A stretch of DNA of 64,000 bases from the human T2T-CHM13v2.0 reference genome, Homo sapiens. Position 1 is the first letter of the stretch. Each line of letters starts with the position of its first letter. Position numbers and translations under genes: made by a program. Where the stretch lies: NCBI RefSeq assembly GCF_009914755.1, contig NC_060932.1. One strand, 5' to 3'. The notes beneath the pieces are model-generated. The model was not told the DNA's origin. It did not search any database and worked only from the letters and a program-made list of their open reading frames with translations. This document shows, one piece after another, positions 1-12,700 of the stretch.

Positions 1-119
1 ATGTTGATTACATAGATTTTCATTTACAGCACATATGACCTTCATTTTCTTTTAAACAGTTCAACAGCCCAGCCTTAATTCAAATAGGCCTTCTTTCCTT
101 TCCCTTTTTATGGTGTTTT

Positions 120-330
120 TATGGTGGTTAAGAGCGGGAGCTTCAGGGTCTGTCTGCCGGGATTAAGCTGTGTGATTTAGGGCAGGTTACTTAACTTCTG
201 CGTGCCGTGTCCTGGCAAGACAGCGGGCATAATAGTAGTGCCTATTTTACATGGATTTTTGAAAATTACATGAGCTAAGTAAAGCACCTAGAATGGTGCC
301 TAGCACATAGTGAATGTTTAATAAATGTCT
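120..330 (+). mobile_element. MIR SINE fragment
   Basis: gtggttaagagc...tgtgatttagggcaggttacttaacttct...aaagcacctagaatggtgcctagcacatag resembles MIR core and 3' part; boundaries approximate. Confidence 0.65.
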
Positions 331-572
331 GCAGAAAGTAGCAGCAGGAGTGGGGCAGGCTTGGCTGTTCCGTTGCAGTGTGGTGAGGGTGCAAAGCATG
401 TGCTTTGGAGTGGAGCTGAATCACCACTGAGCAGCCATGGGCCTTGGGCACTCCAGTGAACTTGCCTACCTCAGCTTCTTCATCTGGAAAATGGGGGTGC
501 TAATCACGCACAGCTGTTGGAGGATAAATGTGTGAATGTGGGGCATTTATTAATAGAAAGAGCCCATTTCTT

Positions 573-887
<315 letters not shown>

Positions 888-1701
888 GAGCCCATTTCTT
901 AGAAGGTGCTGGAGTCTCCCCTGCACCTGGGCCTCCTGCATTGTAGGGAACAAACAAGCACCTCTTTGGCATCCTGGTCTGATGCCAGATGGGTCCTGTC
1001 AGAGCTCCCAGGCCCTGGGGATGAGATGACCTCAGGGAACCTCTTAGCCTCATTCCCAGGACCTCTGCCTTGGGATGAGGGGAAATCCTTTCAAGCAGAA
1101 GTCTGTATTAGATTCCTCCATAAACTCCCAGCCCAATCTCAGAACCAAGCTGAAATGACGTGATCCAATAGTAATTACAGGATTTGTACGTATTTGGTAC
1201 CATTTTGTTTATCTGCACATTGTCAGCGGGTGAATGAATTGTTCTAAGCAAGGTAATGTTCCAATGAAAATCTTCTAGAATATTATGCTGTCCTGGCCAT
1301 TTGAAGCAGAAGATAAAAGACAGAGCTAATCTCAATTACTGTGGAGCCTCATTCTAAACAGGAGCCCTGGTGATGTCCTCTGACTTTGGATTGGGTTTTC
1401 AGTGCTATCAGAAGCTGACCTCCTGGGCTTTCTCCTTCTGCCTCCTTCAGCCTCTGCTAGTGGTTTGCTTCCCTGTGTCTTCACTGATGGGACCCTCGGA
1501 GTCTAGTCTTGCACTCATTGAATCTCCTGGCCTTACCTAGGAGAGCATTGTGTGGGCTCTATGGCAGCTACCCTCTGGTCCTCAGAAGCTTTTCCTTATT
1601 CTGCTCACAGTCGAGTTACAGCTGTGTTGCCCATGCTCATCTGCCCATACCCATCTGTAGTTGTTTAACAACTTTTTCATTGAGACTCCAACTTAGGCCA
1701 G

Positions 1702-2246
1702 TGTCTTAGTCCATTTGTGTTGCTATAAAGACATACCTTAAGGTGGGTAATTTATAAAGAAAAGAGGTTTCTTTTCTTTTCTTTTCTTTTCTTTTGAGAT
1801 GGAGTCTCACTCTGTCACCCAGGCTGATGTGCAGTGGCACAATCTCAGCTTGCTGCAACCTTCGCCTCCCGGCTTCAAGCAATTCTCCCTGCCTCAGCCT
1901 CCTGAGTAGCTGGGATTACAGGCACCCGCCAACACACCCAGCTAATTTTTGTATTTTTTAGTAAAGACAGGGTTTCCCCATGTTGGTCAGGCTGTTCTCG
2001 AACTCCTGACCTCAGGTGATCTGCCCACCTTGGCCTCCCAAAATGCTGGGATTACAGGTGTGAGCCACTGCACCCGGCTGAGAAAAGAGGTTCCTTTGGC
2101 TCATGATTCTGCTGGCTGGGAGACTGGGCATCTGGTGAGGGCATCCACCCCTACGACCCAAACACCTCACATTAGGTTTCACCTCCAACATTGGGGATCA
2201 CATCTCAACATTGGAGATGGTGGGGACAAATATCCAAACGATAGCA
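1702..2246 (+). mobile_element. MaLR (MST-like) solo LTR, internally deleted, interrupted by an Alu
   Basis: starts tgtcttagtccatttgtgttgctataaag, ends aaatatccaaacgatagca; resumes after the Alu at duplicated agaaaagaggtt. Confidence 0.8.
1770..2079 (-). mobile_element. Alu nested in MaLR LTR
   Basis: full Alu body, TSD agaaaagaggtt on both sides. Confidence 0.95.
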
Positions 2247-2319
2247 TCCAGGCACTGTGTCTGAGAAGAGGGGTGCTGTCCACACTTGTGCACACAGACA
2301 TGTTCGCTCTGGATCTCCT

Positions 2320-2450
2320 CACACCAGCAGGGAATTTGTTGAAATGCAGATTCCGATTCAGGAGGTCTGAGATAAGTCCTGAAATGCCACATTTCTAAAA
2401 TTTCCCAAGGGAGGCTGCTTCTTCTGTGCACGGACCACTTCTTTGCATAG
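2320..2450. mobile_element. MER5-like hAT DNA transposon fragment
   Basis: gggaatttgttgaaatgcagatt...caggaggtctgag...catttctaaaatttccca resembles MER5A. Confidence 0.55.
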
Positions 2451-2491
2451 TGAGGTTTATAGCAGGTGCACAGACTCAAACACCTGCCTGA

Positions 2492-2927
<436 letters not shown>

Positions 2928-3398
2928 TGAACACATCTGCACACTGAATTCAGCCTGGGGCACCTAGTTCAGACCCCTACTCTGGAGTCCAGATCTCAGA
3001 GGTTTGCAGGTAAACTAATCTGGTCACTCATTGAGTCCTTCTGTAGCCTCCCAGCTAGCAGTTGACTTGCTAGGACTGTTACAAGAGTGGGTAGCTGCAA
3101 CTTTGGAACTGCTTGTCCCATTGTTGAGAAGACCAGATTAGAACTGTCTCCACCACTTACTAGTGGCGTGAATTTGAGAGGAAGGAGAGAGTGTGAGTGT
3201 GCCAGTGTTTAAGTGCCTGCAGTATTCTACGCTCTGTGCGTGATTCCATTTGAATCTTCTCATCTGTCTTGCAGAAGTGGTTCATCCGCTTCATTTTACA
3301 GATGAGAACAGTGGAGTTGAAGAGCTTAACTAACCAGTCCTGGCAGCCCAGCTACTACTTTGTGACGTGGGGATTCAAACTCAGGACTGCCAGCCTTC

Positions 3399-3780
3399 AT
3401 CTTAGTCCATCTGTGGCACTTTAACAAAATATCTGAGACTGGGTAATTTATAAATGATAGACATTTATTGCTCACAGTTCTGGAGGTTGGGAAGTCCAAA
3501 ATCAAGGCGCTGGCAGGTTCAGTGTCTGGCAAGAGCCTGGTCTCTGCTTCCAAGTTGGTGACTTGAATGCTGTGTCTTCACATGGTGGAAGGGATGGAAG
3601 AGCAAAAAGGGCCAAACTCACTCCCTCAAGCCCTTTTATAAGGGCATGAATCTGATCCATGAGGATGAAGCCCTGATGGCCTTATCACCTCACAAAGGCC
3701 CTACCTCTCAATACTGTCACCGTGGGAGTTAAGTTTTGACATGTAAATTTTGGAGGGGACACTGACACTCACATCAAAGC
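3399..3780 (+). mobile_element. MaLR LTR (MST/MLT1-like)
   Basis: tcttagtccat...agactgggtaatttataaa...tttattgctcacagttctggagg...aattttggaggggacac. Confidence 0.8.
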
Positions 3781-4037
3781 CTTCTCTGAATAATACAGGG
3801 CTACTGTTTACTGTCTGTGTATGCCAGGCACATGCATTAGTTCTAATCTCACAGAAACCCTGCAAGGTGTGTGGAATTATTCCTATTTTATAGATGAGTA
3901 AACCGAGGCTCAGAGGTTAAGTAACTGGCCCAATGATAACAGAGAGTGGTGGAGCTATGGTTTGAGCCCATATCTAACTGACTCCTTTCCCCTAACCCAT
4001 GCTGCGGGGACAGCTGGTTTCTGGGGTCAAAACCTAG

Positions 4038-4454
<417 letters not shown>

Positions 4455-4751
4455 TGAAGACATATCCCAGGTGCTGCTAATAGCAGAAGCCACAAAGGTG
4501 ACAGCTATGGCAGAATCCGTCCCTACTTGGTGGAGCCCATGGAGCCACCTGTCAGAGCAGACACCACAGCTGTCATGGACGTGGGACTTAATTTCTTTCC
4601 TTTTGTCTCTGAAAAGTTTGTGATGTGGTAAGAGAGGAGCTGCAGGGAGCATGCATTTCCAAAGTTCTTTTGCTTTTTGTATGTTTGTTCATTTAACCCA
4701 GAATATACAATAAGTTCTATTTATGAGCAGGGATAAAAGTGGGGCCTATAG

Positions 4752-5140
<389 letters not shown>

Positions 5141-6822
5141 TAGCCTTGTGTTCTCCCAAGTAACACACACATGTATGCACACACAGGCATGCACATGCAT
5201 TCACATGTGTGTGCATCTGCAGAGGGCCAGACTTATCTTGAATGACCCTTGGGAATCTGGGTCTTCCACATATGAGTTTTCTCCTCCTTTGAACTCCAAA
5301 TCTAGTCTTTTGAATATGCTTCAGCATGATTGTTAGGGAAATGGGGGGCAGTGCCTCTCCTGTGCTTGGCCCTATGTTCAGTCTGCACATGGAAGGTGGT
5401 GTGGGATTAGAGGAAATGGCCCAGAAGGCTGTAGTCTTTTAGCTAAAGGTTCCAGTGGCAGGTATCCCAGAACTTTGAGGTCAAAGGAGGTTTTGTTTAG
5501 CTCAGCAAATATCTCCTGGGAAAAACTTTCCCCAGGCTTGATTTCATACTGACCTCAAATGACTTGAATCAGACATGCAGGAATTATAGCTACAACAGAG
5601 CAGTTAAGATTACAGCATGCTTCAGAAAAAGATAAATAAACACAGTTTTTATGTCACTTGCATCTTCCTCCATACCTGCTTGGTGACTTTGCACCTGGGC
5701 TATGTGATAGCCTTTTCCTGCCTGCAGCACTCAGGAATCACAAGCCTCCCAGAACCACAGAAACTTTTTATCTTTGAAGTCTGTGCTGAATTCTAGGGTC
5801 CTCTCCTGCTGCAGCCACTGTAGGACCCATTCAGGACACTTGTGACAGAGCACGGCTTCTCAGTGTGCACACAGAGATTGTGCTCCATTCCCTTCTTTTC
5901 TCCTTTCTGCTTTTCAAGGGAAAAGACTGACACCTGAGCATAGGCATCTTCACAGATGGAGGGTGGAAATTTATACACATTCTGCATTTTCTGGTCATGT
6001 TCCTCTCTGTCCTCTGGGTCCTCTAAGGGTCTTAGGAAAGGTGGGTGCCCTACTTTCTGAGATGCTCCTAGCTAGGGTCTTCCTCCACCCTCATCCCCTC
6101 TCGGGCTGGTTCCAGGGCCAGGTTCACCCATCCTGGGGGTCTGGGGGTCCAAGGATGGACTTCTTGGGAGAGCAAAGGGGTCAAGCCTAGTTGCTAGTTG
6201 CACAGATTGTTGAAGTTGGAAGGGCCTTAAACTACTTTTGGTTCTAGCCTCTCATTTGACAGAAAAGGCTTCGAAGGGTGCCCTTCACAACCCAAGGAAG
6301 TGGCTGAAAGGGCCTTGGGATCTACTCTGAGGTTGCCTCGTCCCACTTCTGTGACTTGGTTTAGGAACTTTCTGAGCTTTGGTTTTCTCCTCCATGCATT
6401 GAAGATGATACCTACTGCCTAGTTTTCTTGTGGGGTCAGTGATAATCCAGACATTCTACAGGGGAGAAATTAGCAGGTGTTCTGTTAAACTTAGCTCTTC
6501 TAGTCTCTCCCTTCTTATTTTTCTTATGATACCCAATTCTCCACATAGATCATCTTCCCCACTAGGCTATAAATTCCTGGAGATCAGGGACCCCATAAAA
6601 TTCACCTTGGGTTTCTCAGCACCTGGGGACAGTGTCTGGCATCTACCAGTGAGGTTTCAAATAACTTGTATTGTGCAACCTGTCAGAGCACGAATGTCCC
6701 CAGGAGACTAGACAACGGCCCTCGGGGAAGGCCCCACAGCTGGCAAGTCTGGGACCTCACAGCCAGTTTCCTGCCGTTGGTCCCTTTCACAGAAGCACAG
6801 GAGCCGTAAGGTTCATGGGACT

Positions 6823-6841
6823 TTTATTTTTACTGTTTATT
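6823..6841 (-). terminator. NKX6-3: NKX6-3 polyadenylation signals (two AATAAA)
   Basis: tttatt at 6823-6828 and 6836-6841 on + strand, about 1.2 kb downstream of the stop codon. Confidence 0.7.
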
Positions 6842-7949
6842 TTTTGAAAGCCAGTGAGGATGGGCAAGTGCTTGGTCCCTTCTGGGCTGCATTCCTATCT
6901 AAGACCAGCCCTCACCCGCCTCCCCCAGCCCACCCCCTACCTGCCAGCAGCTCAGATCACCCGGGTGAAAAATACCACCCTGTTGGCCAGCGTCCCTGTC
7001 AGCACCAGCTCCAGTGCCAGGCCGCAAGGCGATCTGAGGAAAGGAAGGGCCGTGATTCCCAGCAGGCCGTGGTTCAGCCCCTTCCTGGCATCCTCCACCC
7101 AGCCGGAGGGGCTCTCCTTCTCCCTTCCTGCCTTGTTGGAGGGGTGCCGTTCTGGGGTCTTTCCCAGCCCTTCCTTTCCTCCCCAGGTGGGATGCTTTTT
7201 CTCTCTGGGTGGGCCTGTCCTTATATCAGCACCAAATGATGCCCAGGTGGGTGGCCCTTGGGCACACCGTCCCCGCCTCCCCTCTCCCTGCACCCTCCCC
7301 TTTTCCCCGGCTGTCAGGATGAGGAGGGCACAGCGGTCTCAGAGGTATTGACCCTGAGGGTAAATCGGAGAAAGGAGGCCAGGGGGATTTCCGCAGCTCA
7401 GGGGCCGTCATCCTGCAGTGTCAGGGGCATTTTTTCTCCACTGGGATGTCCCACTTCCCCTCCTGGAGGCAGATTTCCTGCAGCCTGGGTTAGGTGCTCA
7501 GCTCTGGCCCCTCCAGTGGGACCCTTCCTGTGCACAGGTCTGAGGAGTGCACCTGGCCACTCACCTGTCTTTTCTTCTGCAGCCAGCAGCTGGCTTGGGG
7601 CCCAAGACTCTGGACTTCTGACTCCCCAGCCAGCTGCCTCCCTCCCTGGGAAGTCCTGCCCACTCCCCCCGCCCCAACAGCTGGATCACAGTGGCATGTC
7701 TGGGACCCCACAGCCAGTTTCTTGGCTGCAGAGCCTGGTCATTTTAGTCCTCTGTCCACTTGTGAATCTGCAGAACTGGCAGGCGAGGCCCGAGGAGGTG
7801 CAAGGGGCAGCGGCTTCCAGGTCTCAGGAGTGCTGTGACTCCCTCCTGGCCTCCTCCTCCCTTAGCTAGGATGCCTGTCCCCTTTCCCTCCTTTTCCTCC
7901 TCCTCCCCCGCCTCCCCTCCTCCTCCCCTGCACCTGCTGCTCCTCCTCC

Positions 7950-8500
7950 ACGCGCCCCTCATCCAAAGACTCAGTCCCTGCGCCCCCAGGAGCGTGGGGA
8001 AGGGGAGGGGAAGGTAGGCTCCTCGGCGTCCCCCCGCAGGCTGCAGCCAGGATCCCGGGCCTGGACGGCGGGCGTCAGACGCTGTGCGCTCCCAGGCTGA
8101 GCACCGAGAAGGCGGCGCGGTGCTTGCGCAGCAGCAGGCGGATCTTCTCGTCGTCCGAGTCGGGGTCCAGCGGCTTGTTGTACTCGTCGTCCTCGTTCTC
8201 CGAGGGTGCGCGGTCCCCGCCTGCGCCTGCACCCGCGCCGCCCGGGGCCCGGGGCGTGGAGGACGAGGGCTCCAGGGCGCTCTTCTTCCGCCACTTGGTC
8301 CTGCGGTTCTGGAACCACACCTGCGATGAGAAAGAATGTGAAGGGCACAGGGGCACAGCGCGCACGGGACGCGAGAACAGCCATCCTGCTTTTACAGCTA
8401 AACAAATGGCTCAACAACGGAGTGACTGTCACATTCACGTTTCTGTTGGGGAAGGACAATAAAATTTAAAAACGTGAGCGCGGCAGCCCTCCCCTCCGCC
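7950..8500. promoter_or_regulatory. CpG island over NKX6-3 exon 3
   Basis: visibly high GC and CpG density. Confidence 0.75.
8075..8320 (-). CDS. NKX6-3: NKX6-3 exon 3 (homeodomain helix 3 and C-terminus)
   Basis: acceptor ctcatcgcag|GTGTGGTTCCAG; [13 protein letters not shown]...LGAHSV stop. Confidence 0.97.
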   Translation of the reverse strand: MWFQNRRTKWRKKSALEPSSSTPRAPGGAGAGAGGDRAPSENEDDEYNKPLDPDSDDEKIRLLLRKHRAAFSVLSLGAHSV

Positions 8501-11500
8501 CCCCGCCCCCACCATTTGCTTCCTCTTCCACCGCCGCCTCCTCCCCCTCTCCCTCCCCCTCCCCCTCCCCCTCCCCTCCCCCTCCCCCTCCCCCTCCTCC
8601 TCCTTCTCCTCCTCCTCCTCCTCCTCCACCTGGGAACTCGGTGGAAGATGCGGAGTGCGCGGGTGGAAGGCTTAGCCCCGGTGCTCATTGGAAGGTGCTT
8701 ATGAGCAGTCCCTACTCTGGGCTTCATAGACCCTCACCCTACTTCATAAATAATTGTTCCCCTAGTTAGTTAGAAAAGTAACGTAGGTCCATTGCTTGGG
8801 ATAGTTGAAGAGGGCAGGAACGCACCCCAGAAGCAGAAAGACATGCAGGAGTGTCTGCTTCTTCCCCCCAGCTCTCGCCCCAGGGCAGCTGAGCGGCTGA
8901 TGAGGAGGGCGCAGCGGGTTGGAGCTCGGGGAGGCCCCAGGGCCCTGAGCAAAGCCTAGACCCAGGTGCCAGCTGCCCCTGCTGCATCCTTAGGCCCGTC
9001 GCCGAGTCACTGAGCCAGCATCAAAGTGGGGAAAGTTGCCCCCAGACTCTAAGGCGGTAGAAACCGGTTTCCCCGGGGTCTATTTAGGGGGCATTTGGGG
9101 CCCCTGCGTGTGGAGTGGGAGAGCCTGGGCTCACCCTCCCTAGCCCTGGCGTGGGCGACAAGGCTCCAGGCCCCTGAAGCCCATCTGATCCTGCTTAGTA
9201 GAAGGAGACGTTGTCTTCATCTTAAGGATTGGTAAACTGAGGTCAGCTCCTTTTGCTGACTGGAGCATCAAGCATGAATCTGGGCCAGAGACTGCCGACC
9301 GTGCTTGGAATTTTTGGCCAAATACGGGGGGAGAGGGAAAGCCTCAGGTTGGAGTCCCCCACATCTGGGGTTGAACCCCAGCTCTGCCAGCTCTCCCAGC
9401 TCTCCCAGCCGGGAGACACTGATCTTCATCTGCGAAATGGGTGATGATACCGACCCCCCGGGTTGCTGAGAGGATGAAATGAGGTGCCGCACATAAGGCT
9501 CTGAGAATGGGGCTCAGCCTTTCCCGGCTATGGTTAATTACCACAGGCTCCAGGGTTAGGCAGGCAGGCAGTGCCCAGACACCAGGACAGCTGCCCTCTG
9601 GGGGGCTGCGTTGTGTGGCCACCTCTCTCCAACGCAGTGGCCTCCTGTCCGGCAGGCTCCTCCCTGCAGGGCAGGTGCCATCTCCCGCACAGACTTACCT
9701 TGACCTGCGACTCGGTCATGCCCAGTGAGTATGCCAGCCGTGCCCTCTCGGGGCCAGCCAAGTACTTGGTCTGCTCAAAGGTTTTCTCCAGGGCAAAGAT
9801 CTGGTGCCCCGTGAAGGTGGGCCGGGTGTGCTTCTTCTTGTGTATGCTGTCACTCAGGGGGTCTGGGGCTGGCAGGAGGAAGGAAGTGTGGGGTTAGTAG
9901 AATAAGTGGGGACCCTGCGGCTAGGCACGTCTGGCAGGGCAACCACCATGCCTGCCCCTCTCCCTCCTGCAGAGGTTTCCAGGACACCAAGATTCCTTTC
10001 CCCTGAGCAGCATTCTTGATATTGGGGAACAGTGACTGTGACCTCTGCCCCGCCTGGATGGGCAGGGCTCCGAGAGGGCAGCTGCCCTAGTGTAATGGGA
10101 CTTAGGGGCAGCAGAGCCTCATGCCTCTCTGTCTAAAGTTCTCAATACTCGCTGATGTTGCCTTCCCCTGAGGGGCAACAGGAGTTCCCTCTCTGTCCCA
10201 GGGATGTCCCTTCAGGTCACCCTCCTCCTATAATTAGGGACCAGGGCCTGTGAATTCCCTCCACCGCCGGCTTCCGCCAACTTCCTTGCTCTTGAGACTC
10301 AACTTCCCAGGTCTCCAGGAAACCAGGGAGGGGCAAACCTGACGCCCCAAGCTGCCACTTCCCCATGTCACCAGGCCTGGAAGTTATGTGGCTTCAACCA
10401 CCCTGGAGAGCCTGGCACAGAGGCCAGAGACCCTGACCCCCAGCCTGGCCAGGGCAGCAGGCTCGGGAAGGAGCTGTGGGCAGTGGTTCCCACGTGTCAG
10501 GCCTCGTTCTGTGCAGTCTGACAGCTCAAGTTACAGGTGAGGAAACTGAGGCACAGAGAGAGGAAGAGCCCTCCTGAGAGATCATGTTCAAGTCTCTCTG
10601 CCTTTGCCTTCATTAGCCACTGACTTTCTTGGCTATGTCCCTGTGTGTGTACCTGCATTCAGGACTGAAGAGGTGGTGTGTGGGATGTGGAGAGGGGAGG
10701 GGGAGATGGAGGGAAGAGAGAGTCAGCTGAGGCTTAAAGCACCCCTGAAGCCAAGCCTAAAACAGGATCTGAGAGAGGAGGCCTTCACCCCCAGGGGCAC
10801 AGCGATGGGTGGCAGCCCATGGAGGGGTGGCTGTCAGGCACTGTGACCGGCAAGGCAGAGTAGCAAATGGGGGGACAGGTGTGCTTTTGGGGTTCCCTAG
10901 GTTGGCCCCAAGCCCCCATTGGCGTAGGAGAGCCCGGAGATCAGACAGAAATGGAGGCCCCTGCCTGACGTGGGCAGGGCTTCGGTGGCACGGAGAAGAT
11001 TCCAAAAACTCTCACCTCCCTGCCTCCCAGCAGAGCCTCACCTGCCCTGCCACCTCCTCCAGTAACCCTGACTGGCATCACGGGCCCACCCTCTGAAAAC
11101 CTTGGCTGAGGGATGGGTCGGCTGAGAAGAGGCCCCCTGCTTCCCCACAGCCAAGGCCAAGTTCAGCTGGACTCAGCAGCAACTCCCCGAGACAGGCTAC
11201 TTGGTGTGGCTGCTGTTGCTAGAAACCCGAGGATGTGGTGGGCAACAGCCCCCTGGCTCAAAGGCTGGACCCGGATGGGGTCAGGGTGCGTTCTGCACCC
11301 TTGAGTGATGCCAGGGCTCTCTGGGAAGGTGAGCTAGGACATTTTCCTCATGGGGGTAGCATTTGCCTGCTTTGGGTGAAGAAGTGGTTGCATGGGCCCT
11401 GGGCTGCAGAAGCCAGCTGGGCTGCCTACTGGACCTCGTGCAGGGCAGGCGTGGGCTGTGGGGTCTTCTCTACATCTGGAACTGCCGGGGGCCCTAGGAG

Positions 11501-12125
11501 GGCAGCTGAGGTGGCTGGCATGTGAGGGGGGTGGCTCAGACACCTGTGTCCAAGCACTGCTGGATGGGAAGGAGGAGAGGGTGGAACTCAGCCTGCACTG
11601 AGCTGAGGCTACGAGTCCAGGGGTTAATGGCGACTGGGGGAGAGGGCGGAGGTGCAGGGTGCCCGGGAGGAGGCCCCTCCTCGTCCTCTGCCCCCCGGGG
11701 CCTGGCGGGTGCCGGGAGGTGGCTGGGGAGGACCCGTACTCACTGTTGCTGCACTGCCGCCCGCCTCGCCAGTCTTGGCCCGTGTCCGCCCAGCAGTTCC
11801 GGGTCCGGGTCGGGTACTCGTTCCCAGCCTTGGAAAAATTCCCTACCTGGGGGCTGTAGTAGACCCCCTGCGAGCTGAGCCCCCCAAAGCCTGCCACGTG
11901 GGGGTAGCCGGAGAGGAGGCTGTTGTTCGGCGCAGCCACGGGCCTGCTCAGGATGTCCGTGATCCCGTGGGGGGTTCCGGCGGCCAGCTGGGGGCCCAGC
12001 CCTGGGGGGCTGAGCTTGTAGAAGGAGTTCTGCACAGAGTACTGGCACACCGGGGCCTTCATCTCCGGAAACTGAGCCAGCGGCGTGTTGTTCAGCAGGA
12101 ACGTCCCCTGCAGGTTGGACTCCAT
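8075..12125 (-). CDS. NKX6-3: NK6 homeobox 3, spliced CDS join(12125-11744,9868-9699,8320-8075), 265 aa
   Basis: 382+170+246 nt = 266 codons, phases consistent; eh1/TN motif [10 protein letters not shown]; NK6 homeodomain [59 protein letters not shown]; NK6 tail [17 protein letters not shown]. Confidence 0.97.
8490..8630. repeat. C/T-rich low-complexity tract
   Basis: (CCCCT)n and (CCT)n runs. Confidence 0.85.
8826..8987 (-). CDS. NKX6-3: alternative first coding exon of short NKX6-3 isoform (135 aa)
   Basis: ATG at 8987, 54 codons MQQGQL...SASG, phase-0 donor GGG|GTGCGT compatible with exon 3; 54+81 = 135 aa, matching my recall of a short isoform. Confidence 0.6.
9699..9868 (-). CDS. NKX6-3: NKX6-3 exon 2 (homeodomain helices 1-2)
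   Basis: acceptor cctgccag|CCCCAGAC, donor AAG|GTAAGT. Confidence 0.97.
11744..12125 (-). CDS. NKX6-3: NKX6-3 exon 1 coding part
   Basis: [13 protein letters not shown]...RQCSN, donor ACA|GTGAGT. Confidence 0.95.
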
Positions 12126-12439
12126 GATCTCCCAGTCAGGACAGGGAAGGCTTCTCCAGGCCCCTAAAACCCAAGAGCCCACTCTCTAGCCCCAAATCTC
12201 ATGGCAGGCCTGGAGGCTTAGGACCGTCTCCGAGCTCCTGACTGCCTCCCACCTAAGGCATGGGCCAGGCCCTGGCCCAGGCACCGGCACCCGATCAGCT
12301 GCTCGGAAGTCAGGTGCTCGGGGCAGGTGGGAGGCCTCCCCAGGGCTCCTGGCCTCTCTCCTTGCCCTGGCCGGACAGGGTGGCCCCCTAAGCCTCAGCT
12401 CAGACCCCCTTTCTGCCTCTGAGTCGGGGGACCCTCCAT

Positions 12440-12621
12440 GAGAAGTTTTAAGTTCAGAGAAGGAACATTTCCCTGATAAAGATACGGCCCATTAGAATAC
12501 AGGCCGGAGACTGGCTGAGCCGCCGGAGCCGCGCCGCCATTGGTCGGGGCGCACACGGGCCTCACATTGGCTTTTCCTAGACAAATTGCACTTTGAAAGA
12601 TTGACTGTACAATCAGCCAGG

Positions 12622-12653
<32 letters not shown>

Positions 12654-12700
12654 TTGTGTGTGTGTGTATGCGCGCGCGCGCGAGAGAGAGACAGAGAATT
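12440..12700 (-). promoter_or_regulatory. NKX6-3 proximal promoter
   Basis: two CCAAT boxes on minus strand (12539-12543, 12566-12570), GATA motifs 12474-12484, GC-rich, 350-450 nt upstream of the ATG. Confidence 0.6.
12622..12692. repeat. (TG)n(CG)n(TG)n(CG)n(AG)n compound microsatellite
   Basis: read directly. Confidence 0.95.

Noticed and set aside
6844-7869. Overlapping + strand ORFs up to 203 aa
   Set aside because: Antisense to the GC-rich NKX6-3 3'UTR; no recognisable domain; stop-poor by composition
11334-12182. 282-aa ORF taken as the full NKX6-3 exon 1
   Set aside because: True start is the ATG at 12125 and the exon ends at the GTGAGT donor (11744); the rest is intron read-through
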